A stretch of 64,000 nucleotides of DNA from Balanoglossus misakiensis (lineage: Eukaryota > Animalia > Hemichordata), in contig CM082590.2 in NCBI GenBank assembly GCA_040954595.2, positions 10,132,088-10,196,087 on the forward strand, given 5' to 3'. This document shows positions 1 to 11,888 of this stretch, in pieces (position 1 is the stretch's first letter; each line of letters starts with the position of its first letter). Below the pieces are notes generated by a model that made no database searches, had not been told where the DNA came from, and saw only the letters and a program-made list of their open reading frames with translations. The position numbers and the translations under genes are program-made.

Positions 1-3000
1 TCACATTCCAAGAGATTTTCACACGTTCGCTGTCTTTACATTAAGACCGGTTTGTGAGATGTCTGATTCTATGCCAGAACATTCTGAGATCTGTTGTCTT
101 CTTTCTCAAAAGAAGTAGTTTTGTGTAAATGATTGTGTCTTCTCGGACACGAAGTTGGCACTCGGAGCCAGTGGTTCTAGTTTCCGAACTTGTCAGAAAA
201 CTAGTTGAAAATGCGCCACTCTTGTGATAATCTAGTCATGGCTAGCGTCCTGACTACATGCAACCCTCCTGAAGCAAAACTATTCAACCAAACCTTATAC
301 CAAAAAGGAAAAACTACACCAAATGTGGAGAGGATTCACGGAATGTTTGCAAAAGACCATTCTTCACCAAAATACCACCACCATTTTCTAAGGAAGTGTC
401 AAAAACCCTACGCCAACTTAAATTTCTTCAATCGTCTCATTTGTGTTCTTACCATTCTACAACATTTGATATGACTGAAACATGATGTCGTCTTACTGCT
501 ATTAAAAATTAGACTGTCATTATTTTGTGATAACGATAACCCAGTACAGATCCGAGGAAGCCGCTAGCACATCCTGGGTGTCGTGCATTCGCGAGTCGTC
601 AGAAAGTCGGCCATATTTGGAGAGGTGCTCATAGTTCCCTTGCATAAACAAGTTGATAAAAATTAGTGCCACTTTCAAGTAACATTTCAACATTCAGGTT
701 TGTTCTGATTATCGTGTGTTACTACTATTCAAAAATAGTTGTTGTGAGTTTTAAAAAAACTCTTAAACAACAATCTAGGAGCGGGGGAAGGCGCTATTTC
801 TTGACAAAGGAAAAGCTCAGTGAAACCGGTCGAGCTCGCGACGATGAAGAAGGATCCGCGAGATAGACAGTAGCACCGTAGTATTTAGACGAAAAATCGG
901 AATAAATTCTAAGTCAAAAAGTTGTCAAAAATGGCGAGGAATAGAGAGAGATAATCCGCAATAGCACTCAGGGGCGGATCAGACACAACACGGATGGTAT
1001 CTACGCGACATCATATCAAGAATACTGTTATTATTATCCCCAAAATGACACTAAATTTGCCCAAACGACACTTTGATCAATTTTACTGAGTTTTAATCCC
1101 TAAATGTCGCGATATTAGCAGACACTGACGACCATTCCCGCTAATTTTAGCAGCAGTTTCGAGTGCAGTTTATTGACACATTAACACTCCAGTTAGAAGA
1201 ACCGTAACTCCAAGATTGGCTTATTCCGAGGCGCTTCCAACTGTCTGCCTACCTATTTTACGATTATCATGTTTAATATGAATACCTTATTACGTTTTTT
1301 TTCTAAACTGTTGTTCAATGATCCTGATAAACTATAATGCTTTTAATGGAGAACAAAATTTGCTGGTAGAAAAGACGTCATGTCGTTGCGTGCCAAACGG
1401 GATTTTCACTTTGTGCCACACACGCTATCTCGTTTGTCTTCTTTGAAAAGCGGGAAGAGTAGATGCCAAAATTGGACTCCTTTCTTTATCGGTTACTCGA
1501 CACTGATTGGCGGAATAGAATTGGCAGAAACACTTTCCGTGCAGGGCATTTTGTTCGGAAAATGTGCTGTGAAGTTCTTTCAACAAACCAAGCCAAAACA
1601 TCAAAAGGCGAATCTCATAATACTAGTCTACTAGTTACCTGCGGGTAGGCCAAACATGGCAACGGTTTTGATAGATATGTGTTTTGTACAATACGTTTTG
1701 TTTACAATTGTCATTTTGAAGCAAATTAAACACGCAAAGTTGAACAGTTTTGTCCAAGCTACATCTATCGTTGCCAATGTAGGGTTCAAATTGTACATCA
1801 TGGTTGACTAACTGATTCTTGTTCTCGGCCGCGGCGGCGAAGTCACACGTCAGCTGACCCAGTTGTGGTGGGATCGCCCGGGAAGTAAAAGAATAGTCAC
1901 GGCAGGCTGACTTGGTTGTGCATGGACCCTTTAAAATGCACAGACAACTAAAGTTATTTTTTTCTGCTTCCAAAAGGGTAACGAAGCCCATGTAACCTGT
2001 TGCAGGGTGCTTTAAAATCAAATAGCCATATCACTTAGGGTGTTACACAAAGATTCTATTGTAATGTTGTCAAATGATACAGAGCATGGAGGTCGTATCT
2101 CATCGACACGCGTCGACTATCAATCATGCCAGGAGTGAAGTCACCACAAATTTTCGCGCCATCGAATTTTTTGCTGCATGTGCGACATTTTTGTCAAATT
2201 TAAACAACCATCTAACCATATCAAACGAAATGATATTTTTTCTTGACAAAAAAGTCTTTTAGACGTCCAAGCAGGACAAAATAATGCTGGTACAAGGAAC
2301 GACAAAACTGCAAAGATTCGAACCTACCGATGGAGTGTCATTCCTATGATGTCGCCTCATTCAGATAATCTTAGATTTATTAATTGTGACAGTTTACGAC
2401 TTAGTCAACACTTCTCTGGTACTTAGAACGAGACTCTTGATTTTGTACATTTTTCGCGAAAGTAAAAGCTATCGAGGGGAATCTTCCACCAGTGCAATGT
2501 TAGGTTTTCAGCCCGCCATTGTTTTCACCTCAAAGCCAATCAGGCGCGTACGAAATCACCTCTCCGTTTTGCTAAAATTCAGTCACAAGTATGTAGTGCT
2601 TTCTCTACAGATCAAAGTGCAGTGATTATGTGATTCCAACTTTAAAATACAATATTTTCACTGTTGTTTTCATTTTCAATACACCTTACACCAGGTGAAA
2701 CAATTTCTACAAACTAACATACTGATTGATTGATTGATTGATTGACAAGTAAATCCTATGATCTGAGTGGCTAAAACAATGTGTATCAAATGACGTGGAT
2801 AACCGGCAAAATATGGTAGACGACAAAATGTGACCAGACGGACGTTTAGCGGGAACTTCCACTCCAGCGAGTATTGGACAGATTAATTGTACCATATTGA
2901 TAACCCATAATATGGCGATTATCACTAATCTATGTCAGATCCTTCAAAGTTGATGAGTTTATCAGTTTCTATAACAACGGCACTACATCAAAACTATTAA

Positions 3001-4243
3001 AAGCGTCAAAGACAACTTCCCATTTATCACAAATTAACCCTTATTTTTTTCTACATTTTTGCAAAATTTTGATCAAGAAATGTTGTGCGTTCAGCTGAAA
3101 AAAAATATTGGTAAAAATGATATAAGCAAACAATTAACGCGGCAGGTGGTTTTAAAGGACAATTAACAGTTCAGAACTACTTTGTGATAATAAGATATCC
3201 ATAACGTATAAATCAACTGAATTCTATGAAACTACATAGATATATTTGCAAATATTGGAACTGCAATTTTCATGGAGTTTTTATTCTGTGCAAATCGCTA
3301 TTTTCTGCCTCTGTCTCCGTCAAATTTGATCACCCTGGATTTTGCCTCGCATCGCATCAACTACTATCCACCCTATAACAACCTAAAATTATACATTTTC
3401 ACGACCTAGCAATAAATGAAATTCTGTTCATTTACATGGTGTGTGTAAAAAAACACTAAATGGATGTCATCTTGCGTCTTAAAACATTGATATATGTAAA
3501 CAAAGTTACATTCTTTCCGAACTTATTTCGTCGCTCGCCGGAAATTAAACCATGCCCCGAACGAAGAACCGCTGAGAGGCTGTCTCGCGTAAGTGAAAAC
3601 GGCTCCTGATAGACACGGAGAAAGGAAAGAGTAAACGGCGCTCCTACTGCGCAGTGACAACCCTATACATTTATCATCAATAACGAAACATCATTTTTTC
3701 AAGAGAAAATTTGTGTCTCTGGCTATTTTCGTGAATTAAGAGCTGTAATAATGGACAGGTATTTGTTGTTACATATGCTGTAGCAATAGCGAACGTTATT
3801 CATGATTCCATCTGGCTTCGTGTGGGTTAAATTCTAAGCAGTGGACCCCTCCCAAGGAAGCCCTAACTACAAATTTCGGGAATTGATACATAAAAACGCA
3901 AAACAGCTCGAATAAAAGTTGTCATTCAAAAAATCTTACCCCTCGTTAAAATATCGAATGGTGATACAGGCAGAGACAATTGCAGTTATTTATAAACCAG
4001 TGCATGTTAAGACCAACTCTAAAGGGAGTTAACCTCAAAAAATGGAGATAGCTTCGCAACTTATGCCATGAACATTTTTCCTATGGAAACTTCAAGAAAG
4101 ATATCACTGATAGTTTGAAACCTTATACAGTTGTCGTTAAAAAGTATTCGAGATATCAGTTTAGGATATTCAAGTTTCCTCTGGTGATTATTCACATTGT
4201 GCGACGTCACATCTAAAATATTCTTGTTCTTTTTTATTTTCAG

Positions 4244-4632
4244 GTCCTCCGAGTTGCGGATGGTTGACGACATTCACGACTACACCGCGACGAACGAAGA
4301 GGCGCCCTTACTCAAAGCTGCAGATTTTCGAACTAGAGAAAGAGTTTCAACAGAATATGTACCTGACGCGGGACCGACGCACACGCCTGTCGCAGACGCT
4401 GAACCTGACGGAACGACAGGTGAAGATTTGGTTTCAGAACCGCCGCATGAAACTCAAAAAGATGACGGAACGGGAACACAGCGAACAGGAGGTCTTGCAA
4501 CAACAACAACAACAACAACAGCAACAACAACAACCGCAACAGCAATCACAGACGCAGCAACCGTCAACACAACAACAACAGCAGCAACAACAGCAGCAGA
4601 CTACACAAACAACACAAACTGTTGTTGCTTAG
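4244..4632 (+). CDS. Hox11/13c: Posterior Hox gene of the ambulacrarian Hox11/13b-c class (probably Hox11/13c / AmbPc), last coding exon with homeobox; exon 1 not found in window
   Basis: Polypyrimidine tract + CAG acceptor at 4221-4243, phase 1. Exon reads (G)[72 protein letters not shown], then a poly-Q tail and TAG at 4630-4632. The RTKRRPY N-terminal arm is typical of Hox11/13b/c. The c versus b assignment (LQIF at homeodomain 11-14, position in the pair) is less certain than the family call. Confidence 0.9.
4498..4599 (+). repeat. Coding (CAA/CAG)n trinucleotide repeat encoding poly-glutamine
   Basis: caacaacaacaa...cagcagcag inside the Hox exon; Q tracts interrupted by P, S and T. Confidence 0.95.
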
Positions 4633-6109
4633 ACAACGACCCCAAAATGATTCAATTCGGATAAACTTCCTGCATAAAAACTTGAGGTTGACATTAATCA
4701 AGAGAAGCAACTGTATAAAACAATCTGAAAACAACAACAACGACACAAACCTAAATTGCCAACGAATGAACAATACAATGGGAAAAAGACAATTTGACAT
4801 CATGGAAGAAGCCAATACGAACGAATCTTATTGTAAATGATGCGGGAGATATTTTTAATTTCAGTTGAAGTACATTATTAAATGAAACTTTGGATATTTC
4901 TATATCGCTCTGACAAGAACAGCTAGCAAATGACAATGGATAGAACGATGTCGCCTGACACTTCCTTAGCCAAACAATCTTTCCAAGTCTCGGGAACATA
5001 CATGTACCTCATAATGCTACTGAGTCAGAAGCGATGAACAGTTTTTGAACAATTCTTGTGACGTCAAATGTAGTCAGGAAAGTGAAGAACTTCTATTGTA
5101 TAGTATTACAAAATTTTATTTTTGTAGAATATTTAGTCCCAAACGTATTTTTAGATATTTGTTTTCTGGTGCTGGTTGTACTTCTGAAGTATGTGACTTT
5201 GTCGAAGCGATTTTCAGAGTAGGTGTACAAAAAATGGTGAAAAGAAACGCAAATTAAAGACATTTTTCATGTTTTCTGACAATGACCAATTCAAAATTTA
5301 AGAATTTATTTGTCAGACGCCAGCGGACCTTTGTGTTAAAAAATAGTATATATTAGAAAATGTGGTATATAAGGAGATGGTTTGACACTATGACTTTCCC
5401 GCCAAATCAAAATTCGCAAATTTCCTAATTCTTTTACTAATTTTAGTTGCCCGCAAATTTTCTGTTGTTTATTTTAAAGCAGAATAAGTCAACCTGATTT
5501 CTTAGTATATTTTAGTAGTTTGTGTCCATGATGCTTACAAAAGTTAGAATTTGATGCTTACAAAATTTAGATCTTGTCTGCAGCATGATATTGGCGGGAA
5601 AGGAGGACTGTCGAATTGGATACAATCCTGCCGTGCAGCGTACTTAAATGCATTTTGTTTTACTTGAGATGTTTTTTCACTCATGCCGAGCCTTTATTGA
5701 TCCACTAGAGTACATGCTGATTGAGATAATTGTCCAAATGAGGGATTTTCACCCACAGTAAAGTCAAATTTCACTTACAGAGTTTTAACGAGTCGGGGCT
5801 AGTGACCACTCGACTGACATCAAGAATTTGCATCACGCAGTTCATCATCATCTGTGTGTGAAGTTTGTCCTGACATGACCAGAGCTTTCACCATGAACGA
5901 CATCTCTGTCTCTTGCGCGGAATACAGACATGAGCAGACTTTGACAACGGTCACACATTTTGCACGACATTTTGTTTCTTTTGCATATTTTTTGCGTCAC
6001 ATTCATCTTAACGATTGTACATCTCCAAGATCTGTCGTTCACGAATTTTTGACTGCATGGTCTGGAGAGCTTACCAATGCAACTTCCTGTTCGGAAGATT
6101 TGGAAATAC

Positions 6110-6115
6110 AATAAA
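6110..6115 (+). terminator. Probable polyadenylation signal of the first Hox gene (3' UTR about 1.5 kb)
   Basis: AATAAA followed about 35 nt later by GT-rich sequence (tcgtgtgtggctttg...tgtgcttggtt). Confidence 0.5.
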
Positions 6116-9100
6116 GGCGAGTTTATAAAAAATACATAACCTATACGATTTCGTGTGTGGCTTTGCCGCCTGTGCTTGGTTAGCAGGGATTCGATGATGT
6201 TACACTATTTATTAGTAACTATAAAACCGCGAATTGTAAACTTAAGACCGAAAAACAAGAATTGACAACGCCAGCTAACGAGGTCTTGATTCGTCTTCGG
6301 TTTTGGTGTCGAAGAACATTCGACGCCGATCGCAATCAACTTTGGCGGTATGCGGTAAAAGTCGGCAAATTCCACGTCACTCTACATGAAGGCGACTCAT
6401 GAAAATGTTGAATTTTTACCGACCAAGTTTCTTGCGATCGGAGATTTTAACGACTTTTTCTTGCAAAGTAACTTTAAGACATGGTCGATAGTTTCGTACT
6501 TTATTATATTGGTCTAGGAAAATTACTTCGACTTTGCCTTGCAAAGTTGGCGCTCAACTTGGTTGCTCTCGTGTTAGAATGAATCAAGATATCATATTTG
6601 ATCTAAGTTGAAAGAGAATATTGTAGCGTATACTACGCCAGCTGACAAAGAAACGAAAGATTGTGGTTGTGTGGACCCTGGCTGAATGTGTCCATAGTCG
6701 ACCAGAAGGCGGAAGAAAACAGAAAGATGTATTAGCAGCTGCAGCAAAGTCCAGAACACATTTCCTTTATCGAATATCACGATTTTAATATGACTTTGTT
6801 CTCTTACCCCAGTTGTGACACGTTGTTCCTCAAGACCTCGATATCAAACTCGGGAATACAGTTCCCGTGCGACCTTCACCAATTCCCAAGATTCGAATGA
6901 ACTTATCTGAACTTAGTAAGTTCGGACATCGTCGTAACTTCGAAGCTTATTGTCCCTGATAATTACGCGGCCAAAAATCTTCGTTGTTTTGTATTTTTGA
7001 ATAATAAAAATCAACGAATCTAAGCTACATTATCTGTACTAAAGTTTCTTCCATCAACAAGAATGAACCAGCTGCAAAAGATTTAGTGGATAGAATCGCC
7101 TGTAAAGACCTTTCTCTGGATATATCGCCATATTGGATTTAAAGAGAGGAAATAGGAATAACATTTTTGACATATTATAACCCTTTGTACCGTTTTCCAA
7201 CACGTGCATACAGTGGTAACGGAGACACTATGACCCTTGCTGCAGAGAAGTCGCGCGCGTGTTGGAAAGTGTCGTCTGGTGGAACAGAAATTGTCGTCTG
7301 GTGAATTGAGGAATGTCGTCTGGTGAGGACTACGCTGGTCGCAGTTGCCTCGTTTTGTTCGCAGCTGTGGCGGGCCCTCGGTGATTTCTGAGAGGACACG
7401 ACTTACAGTCCGATGCCGAGGAGGTAAACAAAATCCCAACCGCATGAAGGGGAACGAAAAAATCGGCGAAAATAAATCAACTGTAAAACAACAGAGCGGG
7501 GGTGAAGTTTATTATTGGTGGTAACGCAGAACGCCGAAGTTGTGGTGATTTCCCGTCGTAACTCGGCGGCCAAGGCCGGTGGTGACGATAACATTTTCAC
7601 TGCGCGTGCGTCTCGCGACATGGGGACCAAGAAATGCGAGCTGAGGCCTGCACAGTCACGGAGAGAGAGAAAAACAGCATATCCTTGGCATTTTATTACA
7701 CGGAAGGGGGAAAAAAATCGGTCGCGCGAAAGCGACGGAATCCTTTCAAGTCGACTCCTTGTCGGAGCGAGGGATGGTCAAAGGAATACAAAAAATCCAC
7801 AACCCGTGGAAATATTATTGCCCTACCTTGTCGTCTTTGATGGCCGCCGCCACACGGAAACTGCACTTGTTGGGTCGTTGCTACATAAGTCGTAAACATG
7901 GCGCGGCTTTTTGGTGTTGCCCTCAGAAAATTAAACTTACAGAGAACTACAATGCCGGCCTAAGGCCATTCCATAAATTCGAAAGCAGCGCACTTAATTT
8001 GCACTCTCTCCAATACTCCCTGTGCATCCGAAATATTAATGTGTTTTTATCATCGAAACTGTCCCTATTTCCACCACACATCCATATTTTTGAGCACCTT
8101 TTAAAAACTCTAAAAATCTCTTCGCTATTTTATTCGTTCACATCTGCGACACCATTTTCCTGTCTGAAAACTAACTACCCATCACCTATAGTCGACATTC
8201 TTTAATTTTTCGCCAGTTATAGCGAATAATCTTGCTCATGTTCCTTTTGTCGGCAAGTCTGCAGTTAATTAATTAAAGTTGACGGAATTAGGGTTGAAAG
8301 ACGAGTTCGTGTCAAGGTTATTAAGACAGGGTTGGTCGAACAGCCATTTTAACATACTTTCTAGAAAAATGTAGACGGTTAGAAAAAATTCAATTTGATT
8401 TTGCCGCCTAAAGTTTCTTATCTTCACCTCTGGTCGGCATTTCGTCGTAATTTGCAAACTTTGGTTTGGACCCCAGACCAGAGAGGCCCATAAAATGGAG
8501 ATGAAATAAAGTGACACGTTATTCTCATGGCCATTGCAGTCGTTCGGATTAATTTTCAAATATCCAGTAAACATCCGGGTACTTTTGAACACAAATTTCG
8601 TACAATAACAAATTCTGACTACCACATATATGTTGTGTTGATAATCTAACCGCTGGACATTTCATCGTGTTTCAGAAACTAAACTAGAAAGTGTAGTAGA
8701 TACACAAAACAAAAATCCTGAAACATAGCGAAAAGTTACAGCTTTAAACTTCAGTTATTCGAGAACATATATATCTGCGAGCAGAAAAAAAGCTTCCAAA
8801 CAATAGGTATGGTGGTTGCCCCTGATATTTGACCCAGGTAAACCGCAAGTGCCATACGGATGTCATTAGGAGCAGTTGTTGTTCCGACTGTTTCGGTTTT
8901 TTAATTAATGGCAGGCGTGCAACGCGTGGACAGGTTCACAGAAATCCGATCCCCTTCTAAAGTCATTTTTATACTTCACAATATATTACAACCGGCACGC
9001 TTTCTTTTCAATGCAATCAGAAAGTCTGACACTTTTAGATACAGTCAATCATTATGAGGCTTGGCTGTTTGGTTTCAAATGTTTGTAATACTTGTTATAA

Positions 9101-9320
9101 GGTAAGACATATACACAGGAATATCACTGTGAATATATTCAGTTCCGTCTAGCTGTCATTATACCAGATTTCACCATTCAGCGTTCTAGGCCAAACGACA
9201 AGTGCGGGTACCCACTCACCCAGACCAACCTGACATTATTGGTCCACCTATAACTCCGACACCGTGACATCATCAATTTATGTTCTCCGCCATTCCTAGA
9301 TTTACAATTGATGAGAAGTG

Positions 9321-9588
9321 GGTACGGGTATGTGCCGCCTGGATGGGCAACTTTTCCACTAAAAACTCTAAACATGGATCAACTTTTCATCCGAAAAAAA
9401 TACTAAACGATAACTTAGGAAATGTCCCAATGCATTGAAAAACCTTCTCATACAACAGAACGACCTGAAGATGTCGTAAATGATGACTAGAAATCCCAAA
9501 ACGATAGGTCACACTTTGGAGTATTCATATAACAACGTTTTGAACTTGGGCTGCGCACCCCCTGTATGACAATAGGGGGAGTGCCCCC
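9321..9588 (+). mobile_element. Probable 5'-truncated copy of a short interspersed repeat of marine invertebrates (ACGGGTATGTGCCGC ... GCACCCC ... GGGAGTRCCCCC type)
   Basis: Motifs gggtacgggtatgtgccgcc at the start and gcgcaccccc...gggggagtgccccc at the end; recognised from memory only, not database-checked. Confidence 0.45.
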
Positions 9589-11762
9589 AGAGGATGGCCT
9601 CAGGTCGTTGATACACAAAGTATGGTCCCAATGGGGATACAAGTGGATCTCCGTAAGTTTATACTAGCAAAAGTATCGAGGCACAACAATTGGTGTTATG
9701 ATCAAAGGATCTCACGAAAGAATTCGAAAACACACAAGTACAATGTGATAAAAATTATGAGATTTTCCAGTGGCAGTGCCAATTCCAGAAATTGTTACAT
9801 TTTGGTGCTTTTGGTCATCCCTAGTGTCACAATTATCATTTCGCAGTTTGTTTCTTTGAACCTATTTCAAACAGTGAATCGCAACACAGTTATACTCATG
9901 GTATAGCTCGCTTTTGTCGCCAATAAACTATACTGTGACACGCGTTTGGAACTGAGACATGCTTAAACGCGCGTTTCTATTTCCAGATCTCTTTGTTGGA
10001 TCACAGTTCTGTCGTTCGATTGTAATAGAGGAGAAAAATATGAATCTAGGAGCCATTGTTTGTCGAGATTCTAGTTTAGTTTTGTCTCGGCATGTTTTTT
10101 GTCACAAATATTATTTTTAAAATGCTTCTCGCTTTTGCGATTTAACTCATCGTTGCCATATTACCGAGTGTCTGCCTTAAAGTTATGCGCCGCAATCATT
10201 GTATGGACTGGAACTACTTTTTTACTGGAACTACTTTGTGGCATTAGGATCTTGAAAATATTCTGAAATAGTGTACTTTTCACTGTTATACTTCAAAACA
10301 AGAACACATCTAATTCTTATACTGTTACTGAGGACAAGAAATGTAAAAAATTTCACTGCAGGTTCCTAGAATTCAGTTGAGTTACTGTGTGTTAATTTTA
10401 GACGACAGGAAGGACTTGTCAAACATGACAGAGCATGTATGGTGCCATAAATTGTACAACATATGTCATATTGCCCGAGACAAAAAGAAATCACAGGGTG
10501 TGTTCCAAATCGACATCTGTGCGATTATACTGCATCATCCAAGGCAACTGAGTTATTTTCATGTTTTGGCCAAAAGCTGGAGTCCGACGAGAAACAAGGT
10601 AAAAACTTAGTCTTGACTGATTGATATAATGTTAAAATGTCAGGTGAAAGTAAGCCCACTGCATCCAACATTTAAAAAGTAACGGATCGAAAGTTTCAAG
10701 AGTCAGAAACTGGAAATTATCACTCGACCTTTTAGCGGGAATTTCCGAGTCTCCAGCAGAGTGTCGATCGACAGCGCTATTTCCCTCGAACCATGGACAA
10801 TATTTTTTCTCTTTGTCTGTGCTCGAACCATTTTAGTGCATGTTCAACTGACTGCAATACCCTTAATTTAAAAGTAGATTAATTATATGCATTTGTGTTC
10901 CTAGAATCACAGATACATCATTCAATGAAATGCGGGTACCATCACTGGCAACAAAAATCATTGACCAAGACAACTAATTATCTTCTTCCAAGTGAATGAT
11001 TTTTCGCTCATTGCCAGATCACGGTTGATTACCGTAGCCACGGGTTGCTAGCCAAGTAATGCAACTCAAGCTTTGTATGAAACTAGAATTTGTGTACAGT
11101 TTGACAAAAATTGCAACTGGCCATGAGTTGTTTGTCCTGTGTCACATGAGAATGCCCTATCATCTAAACTGCTTATCCACGCGAGATCTCACATGTTCTT
11201 ATGGAGTTCGGAAAATGGTCTATTAGTACTGTGTAATCCCTGCCATAGTTCCTATTTGTTATGGTCAAGAGCACTTTTTAGCTGGCTATATGTGGAGAAT
11301 TCGACATAGGAGCTTGACACGTGTATATGAATGTATTCGGTGCACCGCCTTAAAGCCACAGCATTCAGTTTTGCGAAGATAAAAAAAACACTTCACACTT
11401 TTCTATAAACTTTGTAACATTCTGTACAAATAAACTCGTCTCATCGTCAGCAGCCATTACAGTCGCGATAAAAAACTATTTATGATTCCGCCTGCATTTA
11501 ATACTGCTTTTAAAAGACAAATAAAGCAACCGGTTCTAAGAAAAGGCGCATGCGTCGTGACCCGAGAGAAATACTTTTCGTGGTTGCGGTGAAACTCGTG
11601 TGCCGGGCATGCGCTTTGGGTATTTTAGTTTTACTTTTTTCGGCTTGGAATAACTGGGGTTGCAGAGGCAGACTTTTGTACATCATCACTAGTTTAGGCC
11701 CAGTATCCCAAAGATGGAGAAATTGTTTAATAACAAACAATTAATATGTCGAAACCTCTGCA

Positions 11763-11888
11763 GAATAGAATAGAATAGAATAGAATAGACTGACTGGATG
11801 GATGGATGAATGAATGAATGAATGAATGAATGAATGAATGAATGAATGAATGAATGAATGAATGAATGAATGAATGAATGAATGAATG
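11763..11888. repeat. Compound microsatellite (GAATA)n-(GGAT)n-(GAAT)n
   Basis: Direct reading; about 20 GAAT units. Confidence 0.95.

Noticed and set aside
2723-2748. TGATTGACA Pbx/Meis site in the gene 1 intron
   Set aside because: It is the end of a (TGAT)n microsatellite and is most simply explained by the repeat
1-4243. Search for exon 1 of the first Hox gene
   Set aside because: No Hox-like ORF ending in a phase-1 donor was found; the region is treated as intron, with exon 1 upstream of the window
4197-4664. 155-aa Thr-rich ORF, and the antisense Leu-rich ORFs at 4333-4545 and 4564-4815
   Set aside because: Alternative-frame and antisense read-outs of the homeobox exon and its CAA repeat; the 155-aa ORF starts at a TTG inside the intron
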